From the NCBI GenBank assembly GCA_028281725.1, contig JANQJJ010000102.1, forward strand, positions 1 to 57,943: 57,943 nt of DNA. The letters run 5' to 3'. How positions within the stretch are numbered: position 1 is the first letter of the stretch; each line of letters opens with the position of its first letter. The position numbers were made by a program, and so were the translations under genes. The notes below the pieces were generated by a model. That model was not told the origin of the DNA and ran no database searches. It saw only the letters and a program-made list of their open reading frames with translations. Shown here in pieces: positions 18,316 through 28,207 of the stretch. This DNA is from Pirellulaceae bacterium (GTDB lineage Bacteria > Planctomycetota > Planctomycetia > Pirellulales > Pirellulaceae).

Positions 18316-19704
18316 TTACTGTCGTATCGCTGACAAGGCGCTTCGAAATTCGGTATTGTCTGGCTCTAGGGCGATCGCCTTGTTCAGCTCCGCCTCCGCC
18401 GCCTGAAGATCACCGCCGTGATAGAGGGCAGTTGCCAACACGTAGTGGTTGCCGGCCGTGGCAGACAGCTCGACGGCCCGGCGCGCGCTCGCTACGGCAG
18501 CCTGGGGATCGCGATTGGCAGGCATTTGCGTTTGCGAGAGCAATACGTACGCCTGAGCATTCTCGGGGGTGAGTTTAAGAAGCTGACGCAACGCAGCCTC
18601 AGCAGCATCGAAGCGGCGGCACTGAAGGCAGAACGTAGCCAGTTCCATCCAGGCCCGAGAATCATCCGGAGATTGGTCGCACTGCTGCCGGAGTAGTTTG
18701 ATCGCCTGATCGTATCGACCTAAACCGGCGTATTGATTTGCCAACTGAGATGCGATTTCGCGCGACTCCGGAAGCGCTTCGTTTCCTGTCTCCAGTTGCG
18801 CAATCGCCGATGAGATGTCGCCGGCTCCAGCGAGCAGCCCTGCTGCCGTTTGGAAGGCGTAGGTAGCCAAGTCTCGCATCTTGATCAGATCAAGAGTCAC
18901 GCTTTTGCGATCGTCCGCGACGCGTTGAAAGGATGCATCGAGTTTTGCAAACTGTTCCGCATAGCGATCGGCGTTCGGCCGGTCGCCTTGGCTCCGAAAC
19001 ACGCTCATCATTCCACTAACGGCCTCTCGCGATGTGGCGTCGATCTGCAGCGCCTTGGAATAGCAGTGCTCGGCTTGATCGAACTGAGCAAGTTCCTGAT
19101 GGGCTTGGCCGAGCTGGCACCAGACTTTGACGGATTGGGGACGCAGAGATAGGAATTCGGAGAGGTACGTTACAGTATCGGTGAATTTGCCCTGGGCCAG
19201 CAACGCTTCGGCCAGGGGGCTGTACGCGGCAAGCAGGGTGCGATCTTTGGCAAGCGCCTTTCGAAAGAATTTTTCAGCCGCCTCGGCATTGCCCCGCTTC
19301 AGTTCCAAGTGTCCGTAGTCCAGATAGGCTTCGGCGAAGTCGGCGTCTCGGGCAATCGCTTGATCCCACAGCAGCCGGGCTCCGTCTACATTGCCGGTCC
19401 GCAAGTGGAGTTTTCCAAGGAGGCACAAGGCTCCGGGACTCGCATCGAGACGACGTACCGTAAACTCGGCGGCATCAAACGCCAGTGATCGCAAACGCGA
19501 AACTTCGGATTGAACCGCAGAGGGGTTGCTTAGAGCCGGAGGTGTAGGTCGTGGTGGAATTTCCGGACTGGGCAGCCGCCGATCAGCGGGGGGCTGAGGA
19601 GGTGAGCTATCCTTGGAGGAGGGAGTGAGGCGACTATAGACAATCGCGCCCACGCCCAGCGCGTTCATGGCTATCAATGCCAGCAGGAGTACTTTTGTTT
19701 TCAC
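18316..19704 (-). CDS. Membrane-anchored tetratricopeptide repeat protein
   Basis: N-terminal TM helix, Pro-rich linker and multiple TPR units (e.g. WCQLGQAHQELAQFDQAEHCYSKALQID; LNKAIALEPDN). Confidence 0.88.
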   Translation of the reverse strand: MKTKVLLLALIAMNALGVGAIVYSRLTPSSKDSSPPQPPADRRLPSPEIPPRPTPPALSNPSAVQSEVSRLRSLAFDAAEFTVRRLDASPGALCLLGKLHLRTGNVDGARLLWDQAIARDADFAEAYLDYGHLELKRGNAEAAEKFFRKALAKDRTLLAAYSPLAEALLAQGKFTDTVTYLSEFLSLRPQSVKVWCQLGQAHQELAQFDQAEHCYSKALQIDATSREAVSGMMSVFRSQGDRPNADRYAEQFAKLDASFQRVADDRKSVTLDLIKMRDLATYAFQTAAGLLAGAGDISSAIAQLETGNEALPESREIASQLANQYAGLGRYDQAIKLLRQQCDQSPDDSRAWMELATFCLQCRRFDAAEAALRQLLKLTPENAQAYVLLSQTQMPANRDPQAAVASARRAVELSATAGNHYVLATALYHGGDLQAAEAELNKAIALEPDNTEFRSALSAIRQ

Positions 19705-19932
19705 TGAACGCCGCCACTATAATGGGCTGTGCGGGAGAAAAGGTGCCGCTAGAGCGGCTTGCGAAAAGGTGATTTGCGAAACGAATCGGAGTTAGGTGGG
19801 AACCGACGCGCCGTCTTTGTACCATGTTACCGTGCTGGCTGTCGAATCGGTAATAGACCGGAAAATGGAAGCGGCCAGCACTGTTCCCTCCGTTTGTACT
19901 CTCTGTGGGGGGTGGGTGTCGTTGGGGTTTGA

Positions 19933-21366
19933 TTGATGAAGCCGCGGGCAGGCAAAAGCACAAGTACAGGCACTCGCCCCGTTTCCGAGGGGAACCGCGA
20001 GAACTCAGCCGCCGGCCGCTGGCTCGTCGGTGGGGCGGTCGTTTCCACGCTGGTACTGCTGGTGGCTTACGTGGCGTTTGAGCCGACGGCGGACGAGTTG
20101 CCGGCAGCCGAGGCAGCGGATCGGCAGCCGGTAGCACCGCCGGTGCCCGAACCGTCTAGGACGGCCGGCCACGAGTCGAGTATCGCGTTGCCGACCGAGC
20201 CCCGGGAGATCCAGACCGAGGCTGAGCAGCAGCAGCTTTTGGCGGACGTCGAGCGGGCGCTAGAAAAATTTCCGGACGACGCTACGGTTTTTTACATCGC
20301 TGGCCTGACGTATGCGGAGTTGCTGCAGACGGACAAGGCGATCACCATGTTTGGCCGGTCGCTGGAAATCGACAGCTCCCGCCCAGAGGTGTTGGCCCAG
20401 TACTCGGATGTCTTACTTCAGGTTGGGCAGCAGCAGGAGGCGGTCTCTGTTCTCCAGCAAGCTGTCGACGGCGGAGTAGAAACGGTCGCGATACTGACGG
20501 CCCTGGGAGACGCGTACAGTCAACTGGGCGAAGTTGAACAGGCCGCCGAAATACTGGGGCGTGCCGTAGAGCGATTCCCCGACCAACCGGCTGCGTGGCT
20601 CCGGCTAGCCCAGGCGCAGGTACAGCTTGGACGGTTTGAAAAGGCGGAAAAGAATGCTCGCACGGTGATTGCGCTTGGACAGGACGACAGGGCGGCCTAT
20701 CTGGTCCTGTCGACGGCGCTGATTCGACTGGGCCGGAGAGAGGAGGCGCTGAAGATTCGCGGCCAGATGCCGAAGATTGAGCCTCAGGTGGTTCCGGACG
20801 ACGAGAAGTATCAGCGGTCATTTCGAGGTTTTGCGAGCAACACGTATTCCATGCTGGCCTCCGCCTATTCCGCCCATAATTCTCTTTCGCAGGCTGAGCA
20901 GTGGTTATTGCGCTCGATCGAGCTTGAGCCAGCCTCGGCGAAAAGCCTTATCTCACTAGCCGATCTGTACCGGAAGGAAGGTAGATTTAAGGATTCGATT
21001 CAGGTTCACAAGCGGCTGATTGAGATTCAGCCCACCAATCTCTTGAACTACACGAATCTTGCCAGTCTGGCTGTTTCGGTCGGTGACGTTCCGCTGGCTG
21101 AGAGTTCGTTGCGACAGGCGGTGAAGGCTGACCAAACTGGCAACGCCGACTTACAATTGGCTAGATTCCTGATCGGTGTTGGAAATCTCGACGACGCTGC
21201 CGCGCATGCCCAAATTGCCGTCGAGCGCCTCGAGACGGTCGACGCCTACCTGGTGTGGATCTCGACGTTGCGCGCCCAGGGGAACATGGCGCTGGCATTC
21301 GATGCTCTTCTGAAAGCGAGGGAGATTGCTCCGGACGATCCCCGCTTGATGAATCTGCAGCTCTAG
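19933..21366 (+). CDS. Membrane-anchored tetratricopeptide repeat protein
   Basis: TM helix near the N-terminus and TPR units (ALGDAYSQLGEVEQAAEILGRAVERFPD; KAREIAPDDP). Confidence 0.88.
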   Translation: MMKPRAGKSTSTGTRPVSEGNRENSAAGRWLVGGAVVSTLVLLVAYVAFEPTADELPAAEAADRQPVAPPVPEPSRTAGHESSIALPTEPREIQTEAEQQQLLADVERALEKFPDDATVFYIAGLTYAELLQTDKAITMFGRSLEIDSSRPEVLAQYSDVLLQVGQQQEAVSVLQQAVDGGVETVAILTALGDAYSQLGEVEQAAEILGRAVERFPDQPAAWLRLAQAQVQLGRFEKAEKNARTVIALGQDDRAAYLVLSTALIRLGRREEALKIRGQMPKIEPQVVPDDEKYQRSFRGFASNTYSMLASAYSAHNSLSQAEQWLLRSIELEPASAKSLISLADLYRKEGRFKDSIQVHKRLIEIQPTNLLNYTNLASLAVSVGDVPLAESSLRQAVKADQTGNADLQLARFLIGVGNLDDAAAHAQIAVERLETVDAYLVWISTLRAQGNMALAFDALLKAREIAPDDPRLMNLQL

Positions 21367-21384
21367 GAATACGAAACGTCAGCC

Positions 21385-23031
21385 ATGCGAGTGATCATTC
21401 TTGTTATCCTGCTGCTGAGCGCCGAAGCCTCTCGCCTGTGGGCCCAAGAGTCCATTATTTTTGTCGATTCGACCAAGTCGTCCAAGCTTGATTTTGTACA
21501 CGAAGATGGCGCGGAAGACCAAGGATACTTGGTAAGTCTAATGGGCAGCGGGCTGGCCCTTTTCGACTATGACCACGATGGCCTGATTGACGCCTACTTC
21601 CTCAATGGCCGAGATTTGCCACCCGGTGCGTCCCCGAGCGCGACGCGAAACGGGCTGTTTCGAAACTGCGGGGCGAACTCGTTCGTCGATGCCTCGCGCG
21701 GAAGTCGGAGTGATGTTTCCGCCTACAGCCTGGGAGCGGCCGTTGCGGATTTCGACAATGATGGATTTAAAGATATAGCCATATCCAACTTGGGTTCTGT
21801 TACCTTTCTGCGTAACAACGGAGATGGTACCTTCTCCGATTGGACCACGCAGGTCGGTCTCGGCAACGCGGGAGTTGTCTTTGGAGCCGGCGTAGCCTTC
21901 CTCGACATAGAAAATGACGGCGATTTGGATCTGTATGTCGCCGACTATGTCGAATTCAGTTTTGAACGCTTCGCTCAGCTTGCCCCCAGTTCTTTTCCGT
22001 ATCCCCCGGGACCAGACCATTTTCAACACCGATCAGACCATCTCTGGAGAAACAATGGCGATGGGACGTTCAGCGAGCATAGCCAGATAGCCGGTATTTC
22101 CGAGTATAAGGCACCAAGTATGGGGGTCGTTTGTGGGGATTTTGATGGGGATCGCGATACCGACATCTTTGTTTGTTGCGATGCTCGCCCCAATCTATTG
22201 TTCATCAACGATGGAAAAGGTGTGTTCAGTCAGGATGCCGAGTTGAACGGGGTTGCGTACAGTTCCCACGGCATTCCCGTCGGCAGCATGGGAGCAGAAG
22301 CTGGCGATATCGACAACGACGGAGCCGAGGACCTGTTTATTACCGACTATTCTGCGCAGATGCCCATTCTATTCAGGAGCCTCGGCAGGGATGGATTCGA
22401 AGACATATCGGCCATCAGCAGAGCCGGCAGAGATGTCGTGCCTCACGCAAACTGGGGTGCGGGTCTAGTCGACTTTGATAACGATGGTGATCGCGATCTG
22501 ATGATTGGCAACGGACACCTGCTCAAGTGGGCTAACGATATCGAGCAACTAACGGAGTTTAAAGTGCGCAACTGCCTGCTTGCCAACAACGGGGCCGGAA
22601 TATTCAGAAACGTAACGGATGATGCCGGCAGTGGGATGCAGATCGTCGAGAGTTCACGTGGTCTTGGCTTCGACGATATGGACAATGATGGAGACGTCGA
22701 CTGCTTGGTACTCAACAGCGACGCCCGGGCCAACTACCTTGAGAATCGATCGGAGCCTTCCAACAACTGGGTCCAGATTCGGCTTTCCGGCACCTCTTTC
22801 AACCGCGACGGGGTGGGGGCGAGAGTGACCGTCGAAAGCGGTGACTTGGTACAGGTCGCAGAGATGAGAAGTGGTCGCGGTTATCAAAGTCACTACGGAT
22901 CACGGCTGCATTTTGGACTTGGTCGGCGGGCGCAGGTGGAACGAGTTATCGTCGATTGGGGTGGAACGAAGACGGAGTATTTCGATGTCGCGATCAACGC
23001 GGTTCACCTGCTCCAACAGGAGAATCGTTGA
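21385..23031 (+). CDS. CRTAC1-family protein (FG-GAP repeats + ASPIC/UnbV), secreted
   Basis: Signal peptide; DYDHDG, DFDNDG and DIDNDG repeats; SGRGYQSH..RLHFGLG. Confidence 0.9.
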   Translation: MRVIILVILLLSAEASRLWAQESIIFVDSTKSSKLDFVHEDGAEDQGYLVSLMGSGLALFDYDHDGLIDAYFLNGRDLPPGASPSATRNGLFRNCGANSFVDASRGSRSDVSAYSLGAAVADFDNDGFKDIAISNLGSVTFLRNNGDGTFSDWTTQVGLGNAGVVFGAGVAFLDIENDGDLDLYVADYVEFSFERFAQLAPSSFPYPPGPDHFQHRSDHLWRNNGDGTFSEHSQIAGISEYKAPSMGVVCGDFDGDRDTDIFVCCDARPNLLFINDGKGVFSQDAELNGVAYSSHGIPVGSMGAEAGDIDNDGAEDLFITDYSAQMPILFRSLGRDGFEDISAISRAGRDVVPHANWGAGLVDFDNDGDRDLMIGNGHLLKWANDIEQLTEFKVRNCLLANNGAGIFRNVTDDAGSGMQIVESSRGLGFDDMDNDGDVDCLVLNSDARANYLENRSEPSNNWVQIRLSGTSFNRDGVGARVTVESGDLVQVAEMRSGRGYQSHYGSRLHFGLGRRAQVERVIVDWGGTKTEYFDVAINAVHLLQQENR

Positions 23032-24734
23032 TGGACCTCTCGACCTGGCTCCGCCGAGCCCTGCAAATGGCATGTCGACTCGCCATCGGCTCAGCTCTGG
23101 CCTCCGGAGGCCTGCTATGGGGGCAGTCTCGCTTCGAAGCTGAAATCGTCGAAGTGCTGCCTTCAGAGAGTGGTATTGATTTCAAGCATACCGATGGAGC
23201 CAGTGGTCAAAGGTACATTGTCGAAACGGTTTTGGGCGCACTGGCGCTGTTCGACTACGACGGCGATGGATTCATAGATCTTTACTTCGTCAACGGTGCG
23301 GCGCTTCGCGGGTCGAATCTGGCTTCCAAGCCACGCAACAGGCTGTACCGGAACCATGGCGACTGGACTTTTACCGATGTGACGGATGAATCAGGGCTTG
23401 GCGATGGGCAGTACGGGATGGGCGTCGTGGTGGGAGATTACGACCAGGATGGTGATCCCGACGTCTTTCTCAGCAACTTTGGTAAAGACACGTTTTACAT
23501 TAACCAGGGAGATGGCACGTTTACTGAATCGGCCGAACGATGCGGCTTCAGCGCCGCGCCGCGATTCGGAGCTGGAAACAGTTTTTTTGATCTCGAAGGG
23601 GATGGCGATCTGGATCTTTATTGTGCCAGCTACGTTGAATTCGACTACGCGGACCACAAGGTAAGGACCATTGCGGGGTACCAGTTCCACACAGGTCCCA
23701 ATGACTATGCTCCGGCAGCCGATTTGCTCTATCGCAACGAGGGGGATGGAACGTTCACGGACATTTCGCTCTCGTCAGGCGTCGGCCGGCTCAAGTCGCC
23801 AGGCATGGGAGTCCTGGCAGCCGATTTTGATCAGGATGGTCAGGTTGATTTGTTCGTAGCCAACGATCAGCAACCGAACTATCTCCTAATGAACGATGGG
23901 CAGGGGCGATTTGAAGACATGGGGTTGATTTCGGGTGTGGCCTTTGATCGATTTGGCCATGCCAACGGCAATATGGGAGTTGAGTACGCCGATCTCGATG
24001 GCGATGGACTGCTTGATTTGATCTCAACGACCTACCAGGAAGAGATGCCGGTTTATTATCAAGCGATCGAGCCAGGTCTCTATTCCGATTCAACAAATAT
24101 TGCCAGGATTGATCCCACGTTGCTGGCCCACGTGAACTGGGGCATTGGTGCGGTCGATTTTGACAACGATGGGGACCGAGATCTCTTCTTGGCCTGCGGG
24201 CATTTTTTGGACAACATCCGGTTTATTGACGATCGAACTGACGTGAAAGTCAGTAACTATCTGCTGGCCAATGATGGCCGGGGGCGGTTTACCAATGTTT
24301 CCAGCTCCGCTGGCAGTGCTGTCCGCAAAATTGAAAGTAGCCGCGCCGCCGGCTTTGATGATTTGGACAACGACGGTGACGTGGACTTGGTCGTGCTCAA
24401 CGCCAACGCTTCGCCCACGATCGGTCGAACGGAATTGAAGGGAGAAGAAAACGGCTCGGTCGTGGTCACGTTAGTGGGGACCCGAAGCAACCGAGACGCG
24501 CTGGGAAGCCGAGTTGTGGCTATTGCGGACTCCGGTCCACCCCAGGTTCAAGCAACCTTCTCCGGGAGAGGATATGAAAGTTACTATGGACGTCGCCTGG
24601 TTTTCGGCCTGGGAAAATCCAAGGCGGTCACTCTAGAGGTGACCTGGCCGGATGGTCAGGTAGAGATTTTCAAGTGCACTCATCCGACCATGACACTCGT
24701 GGAAGGCCATGGTCGGACGAAACCCGATTCTTGA
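23031..24734 (+). CDS. CRTAC1-family protein (FG-GAP repeats + ASPIC/UnbV), secreted
   Basis: ATG overlaps the upstream TGA (TGATG coupling at 23029-23033); DYDGDG/DFDQDG repeats; SRAAGFDDLDNDGDVD; GRGYESY..RLVFGLG. Confidence 0.9.
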   Translation: MDLSTWLRRALQMACRLAIGSALASGGLLWGQSRFEAEIVEVLPSESGIDFKHTDGASGQRYIVETVLGALALFDYDGDGFIDLYFVNGAALRGSNLASKPRNRLYRNHGDWTFTDVTDESGLGDGQYGMGVVVGDYDQDGDPDVFLSNFGKDTFYINQGDGTFTESAERCGFSAAPRFGAGNSFFDLEGDGDLDLYCASYVEFDYADHKVRTIAGYQFHTGPNDYAPAADLLYRNEGDGTFTDISLSSGVGRLKSPGMGVLAADFDQDGQVDLFVANDQQPNYLLMNDGQGRFEDMGLISGVAFDRFGHANGNMGVEYADLDGDGLLDLISTTYQEEMPVYYQAIEPGLYSDSTNIARIDPTLLAHVNWGIGAVDFDNDGDRDLFLACGHFLDNIRFIDDRTDVKVSNYLLANDGRGRFTNVSSSAGSAVRKIESSRAAGFDDLDNDGDVDLVVLNANASPTIGRTELKGEENGSVVVTLVGTRSNRDALGSRVVAIADSGPPQVQATFSGRGYESYYGRRLVFGLGKSKAVTLEVTWPDGQVEIFKCTHPTMTLVEGHGRTKPDS

Positions 24735-24746
24735 TTGAAAAAGCGA

Positions 24747-25250
24747 CTATTTCCCTTCGCCTTTGAAGCTGCTGACTAGCTCGATGTCGAAGGTGTTGTC
24801 GGCGCTGTTCGTGGTTACCGTGAATTGCAGCCCGGATGTCTTCGGATTCTGGTAAGCAGCGGGAAGCAATGAGTCCGGGCCGGATACGGTCTGGCGTGAT
24901 TTCGCATCACCAACTTCTTCGTCCTCTGCCGGACCACCGCCCTCTCCGGTTGCGTTCGAGGTGTCCACGCTCGGTTTGTACCAGAGAACGCCAACTCGAT
25001 AGTCCCCTGGTTCAGCCCCACCACCGATGTTTTCGCTTCGCATGTCGGTCAGCGAGTACTGACCATTCGAATCTGTCGAGCCCACCGCAGGCATTCCTGT
25101 GCCACCCTCTACCGGCTGAAACGTGATCGAGGCACCAGAGATTGCTTGGCCGTCCAGCGTGACTTTTCCCGTAACTGGATAGACACTTAAGCCATCGCCG
25201 CAACCAAGCAGGGTCAACACGGCAGAGCAAAGGATTAGTCGATAATACAT
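24747..25250 (-). CDS. Lipoprotein with a carboxypeptidase-regulatory-like (beta-sandwich) domain, the usual DUF1559 partner
   Basis: Lipobox LLGC; PVTGKVTLDG, GSTDSNGQYSL, GAEPGDYRV, LPAAYQNPKTSGLQFTV. Confidence 0.88.
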   Translation of the reverse strand: MYYRLILCSAVLTLLGCGDGLSVYPVTGKVTLDGQAISGASITFQPVEGGTGMPAVGSTDSNGQYSLTDMRSENIGGGAEPGDYRVGVLWYKPSVDTSNATGEGGGPAEDEEVGDAKSRQTVSGPDSLLPAAYQNPKTSGLQFTVTTNSADNTFDIELVSSFKGEGK

Positions 25251-25303
25251 GGTTTTGATTAACTTCCCGAATACGTAGAGGGTTCAACTTCTGTACTAAA
25301 GAG

Positions 25304-25332
25304 AAGAAGGCCGAACACGGTTCGGCCTTCTT
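25304..25332 (-). terminator. Intrinsic terminator-like or mRNA-stabilising hairpin downstream of DUF1559
   Basis: Perfect 13-bp inverted repeat AAGAAGGCCGAAC-acg-GTTCGGCCTTCTT; on the minus strand the stem ends in and is followed by TTCTTCTCTTT. Confidence 0.7.
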
Positions 25333-25356
25333 GGAAATTTTTGCCGGAGTGTTCAG

Positions 25357-26484
25357 CTACTCTGGGACTACCGCTGACTCCCTGCCAACCATGGTGCCTA
25401 ACGCGCCCCAGACGCCCCAAAAAGATGGGCCGGAATAGGTTCGCGTATTATTTGGCGGTTGCGGGAAGGTGATGGTCAAATCTCCGGTATCGATATTCTC
25501 GGTAATGAAGCGGACAGACGCATCACAAAACGCGACGTTCACGCCGCCAGTGTGGTAGCTGCTCGCCGGCGGCATGGCATTGCGTTCGGCATTGTTGTTC
25601 GAACACGTCGGCCCATTGGGCGGAAGGATGGTGAAGAAACAGGTGAACGCATTCAATGAATCTCCCCAGCGTCTACCCTTACCCCAGCCAGTGTTCCCCC
25701 AAGTGTTCTGCAACGAGGGTGCATCCAACAATCCATTAGGTCCTCTACGACTCAAGCAGAGCGATGGTGTAAAGGCACCACCCACAGGACCAATCGAATC
25801 CCGTGCGGTTCCTTCGAGAATCGTATCCTGCAATCGAACCCCGTTTTGCCGTCCAATAACCAGTTCGGAAAGCATGACGGTGTTGGAGGATCCGTCCTTC
25901 ATCTTGCCAAAGTCAGCTTGTCCACGCTCTCCATTACTGAACACGCCGCGCCATTCCCAGTCGCCCGAGTTCAAATAGATGTCACCGCGATTACAAACAT
26001 AGTTTGTCGGAAGAACGTCGCCGGGGTTGATCTGCACTGGGTCCGAAGGGCAGCGAAATGTAGTCACGTTGGTCCTGTAAGGGCTAATGACCACCGTGTT
26101 GGTACTGGAGTTGGTTCTGTTTCCAAAGTGCCACGGACGACCGCCTTCTAAGGCAAACGGAACGATTTGGTTGTAAAGTGCATTTTGCTCGATGTAGGGA
26201 AGAACGGACGTTAGATAGCTCAGCCGCTCCCACGACTGTCCACCGTTGAGTGCCTGCCTCCAGCGCGGGTCGTGCGACGCGGGCGAAAATTTCTTGAAAG
26301 CAGTGTGGTGGTTGTGTTCCGCCAAGGCAATTTGGCGAATGTTGTTGCTGCATTGCATTCTGCGAGCTGCTTCGCGAGCCGCTTGAACGGCGGGCAACAA
26401 AAGCCCCACTAAGATGCCAATAATGGCGATGACGACGAGTAGCTCGACCAGGGTAAAACCCGGTCTCCGAAGACGTGTTTTCAT
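25357..26484 (-). CDS. DUF1559 protein (prepilin-type N-terminal cleavage/methylation + H-X9-DG domain)
   Basis: [40 protein letters not shown]; CPSD; DGSSNT; [18 protein letters not shown]; AGGAG RBS. Confidence 0.95.
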   Translation of the reverse strand: MKTRLRRPGFTLVELLVVIAIIGILVGLLLPAVQAAREAARRMQCSNNIRQIALAEHNHHTAFKKFSPASHDPRWRQALNGGQSWERLSYLTSVLPYIEQNALYNQIVPFALEGGRPWHFGNRTNSSTNTVVISPYRTNVTTFRCPSDPVQINPGDVLPTNYVCNRGDIYLNSGDWEWRGVFSNGERGQADFGKMKDGSSNTVMLSELVIGRQNGVRLQDTILEGTARDSIGPVGGAFTPSLCLSRRGPNGLLDAPSLQNTWGNTGWGKGRRWGDSLNAFTCFFTILPPNGPTCSNNNAERNAMPPASSYHTGGVNVAFCDASVRFITENIDTGDLTITFPQPPNNTRTYSGPSFWGVWGALGTMVGRESAVVPE

Positions 26485-27256
26485 TTAAATTACTCCTACC
26501 TGTCTTTAGCGATAAAAAGAACGAGAGCTTTTCCAAGCTTGAAAGTGTCTTAGAATTGTAGTAAGGTCCGGCCACGTGCACAAGGAACAATGACGCCTCA
26601 GATCCCCTAAATTGTTTGCATTGCCCTGATACCATCCCATGGGTGGTTTGGTCGACACCGGCCACTTTTTGCCACTTCCGATTGCTTGCTTTTACTGAGA
26701 ATCCCGCAGTCGGCGTCCGGTTTGTGGTTCCCATCAATGGGTCAAGGAACGCATCTCTTTGTTCAGAATGGGTTTACGTCCGATCGACTCATCGTGCCCA
26801 TCGCCGTGACGAGCTGTCTCTTTGGGCGTGCCTTTCCCTCTGTAAGGGGTGTTTTTAGGCGTGGCTAAGCCCTCTCGTAGTGGGAAAGGAAGCCGCGATT
26901 CGACTCGCTTAATGGCGGAGAGACCACGCTAAGGCGGCTTTCTTGGTATCCGGCTGGAGTAGCCAATTAACAACAATTAATTTCTCGGAGAGTCGGACAC
27001 ATGCACCGCAACTGGTTCTCCCCTGCAGCGTTTCCTGGTGCCAGCTACCCGCAGCAGTGATAGTGATATCGGAGGTTCCTGCCTCGCGGGCCCCTCCCTC
27101 GGATTGGTTCGGTTGCTGGTGCGAGGGCTTCAGAAGGCGGAACCCGGGCAGCCTAAGAAGCTAGGGACCAGCACGCGCGCGGGCTCATGGTTTCGGTGAC
27201 CGGTTCTTACCGGTGTGATTTTCAAAGACCAGATGATTTGCAAAGATTGAGTTGCC

Positions 27257-28045
27257 ATGCCTGAAGGACATGTGCTGCACCGTATTGCCAGGGATCATAC
27301 GAAGTGGTTCGTGGGACAAAAGATGCAAGTTTCGTCGCCGCAAGGACGGTTTCAAAAAGAGTCGAAGCGGCTCAGTGGTGAGAAGCTCGCCCGCGTGGAG
27401 GCGTTTGGAAAACACCTGATTTATCATTGGCGCGGCGGTCAGATCCTGCACGTGCATCTGGGGCTCTACGGCAAGTTCCACCACTACAAGAATCCGCCAC
27501 CGGAACCCCAAGGTGCTGTTCGAGTCAGGATGATCGGTAGCCGGAGGTCCTATGACCTGAAAGGCCCGAATACCTGTCAGCTTCTCTCGGATGCAGACTT
27601 CAAGCGGTTGACGAGCCGGTTGGGGCCGGATCCCCTGCGCGATGATGCCGAGCCGGAGTTAGCTTGGAAAAAAATTAGTCGTAGCCGGGTTGCGATCGGC
27701 AGCCTGCTGCTGAATCAGTCGGTCGTCGCCGGCCTTGGCAACATTTATCGAGCAGAAATCCTGTACTCGCTTGGCGTACATCCCGAGCGACCCGGCAACC
27801 AGATCAGCCGCGAGGAATTCGACCAAATATGGGAACTTTCGGTCAGGCTGATGCAGATCGGCGTGAAGGCCAACCGGATTATCACCACAGACCGTCGACC
27901 GGCCGGCAAGCCAGCGAGTCGGTTGAGCGCGGCGGAAAGGCTGATGATCTACAAACATCCGGTCTGTCCACGTTGTCGCGCGGATATTCAATCCTGGAAC
28001 TTGGGCAATCGCACCATTTACGCGTGCCCAGCGTGCCAAACCTAA
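27257..28045 (+). CDS. nei: Fpg/Nei-family DNA glycosylase (endonuclease VIII-like)
   Basis: N-terminal MPEGH, GKHL, HLGLYG, LGPDPL, LLNQSVVAGLGNIYRAE (H2TH), C-terminal CPRC...CPACQ zinc finger. Confidence 0.92.
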   Translation: MPEGHVLHRIARDHTKWFVGQKMQVSSPQGRFQKESKRLSGEKLARVEAFGKHLIYHWRGGQILHVHLGLYGKFHHYKNPPPEPQGAVRVRMIGSRRSYDLKGPNTCQLLSDADFKRLTSRLGPDPLRDDAEPELAWKKISRSRVAIGSLLLNQSVVAGLGNIYRAEILYSLGVHPERPGNQISREEFDQIWELSVRLMQIGVKANRIITTDRRPAGKPASRLSAAERLMIYKHPVCPRCRADIQSWNLGNRTIYACPACQT

Positions 28046-28207
28046 ACCGGACGAAGCGTTCGGCATGGTTCGTTTTTTGGCGGACGTCTTTTAAGGAACT
28101 GCCACGGGGGCCCGACGACTCTGTTGGGTTTGACCGGTGGCGGGGATTTCCGTGTACAATTTAGCTGGTCCTACACCCGCCTTCGCACAGTTCCCCAAGC
28201 TGTTCTC

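Noticed and set aside
16557-24734. Recurrent GAC/GAT-rich nucleotide repeats
   Set aside because: They encode FG-GAP DxDxDG motifs within proteins; they are not a CRISPR array or a DNA repeat element.
26910-26945. GGAGAGACC resembling the start of a glycine riboswitch
   Set aside because: The downstream CCGAAG and CTCTCAGG elements are missing, and no glycine-related gene follows.
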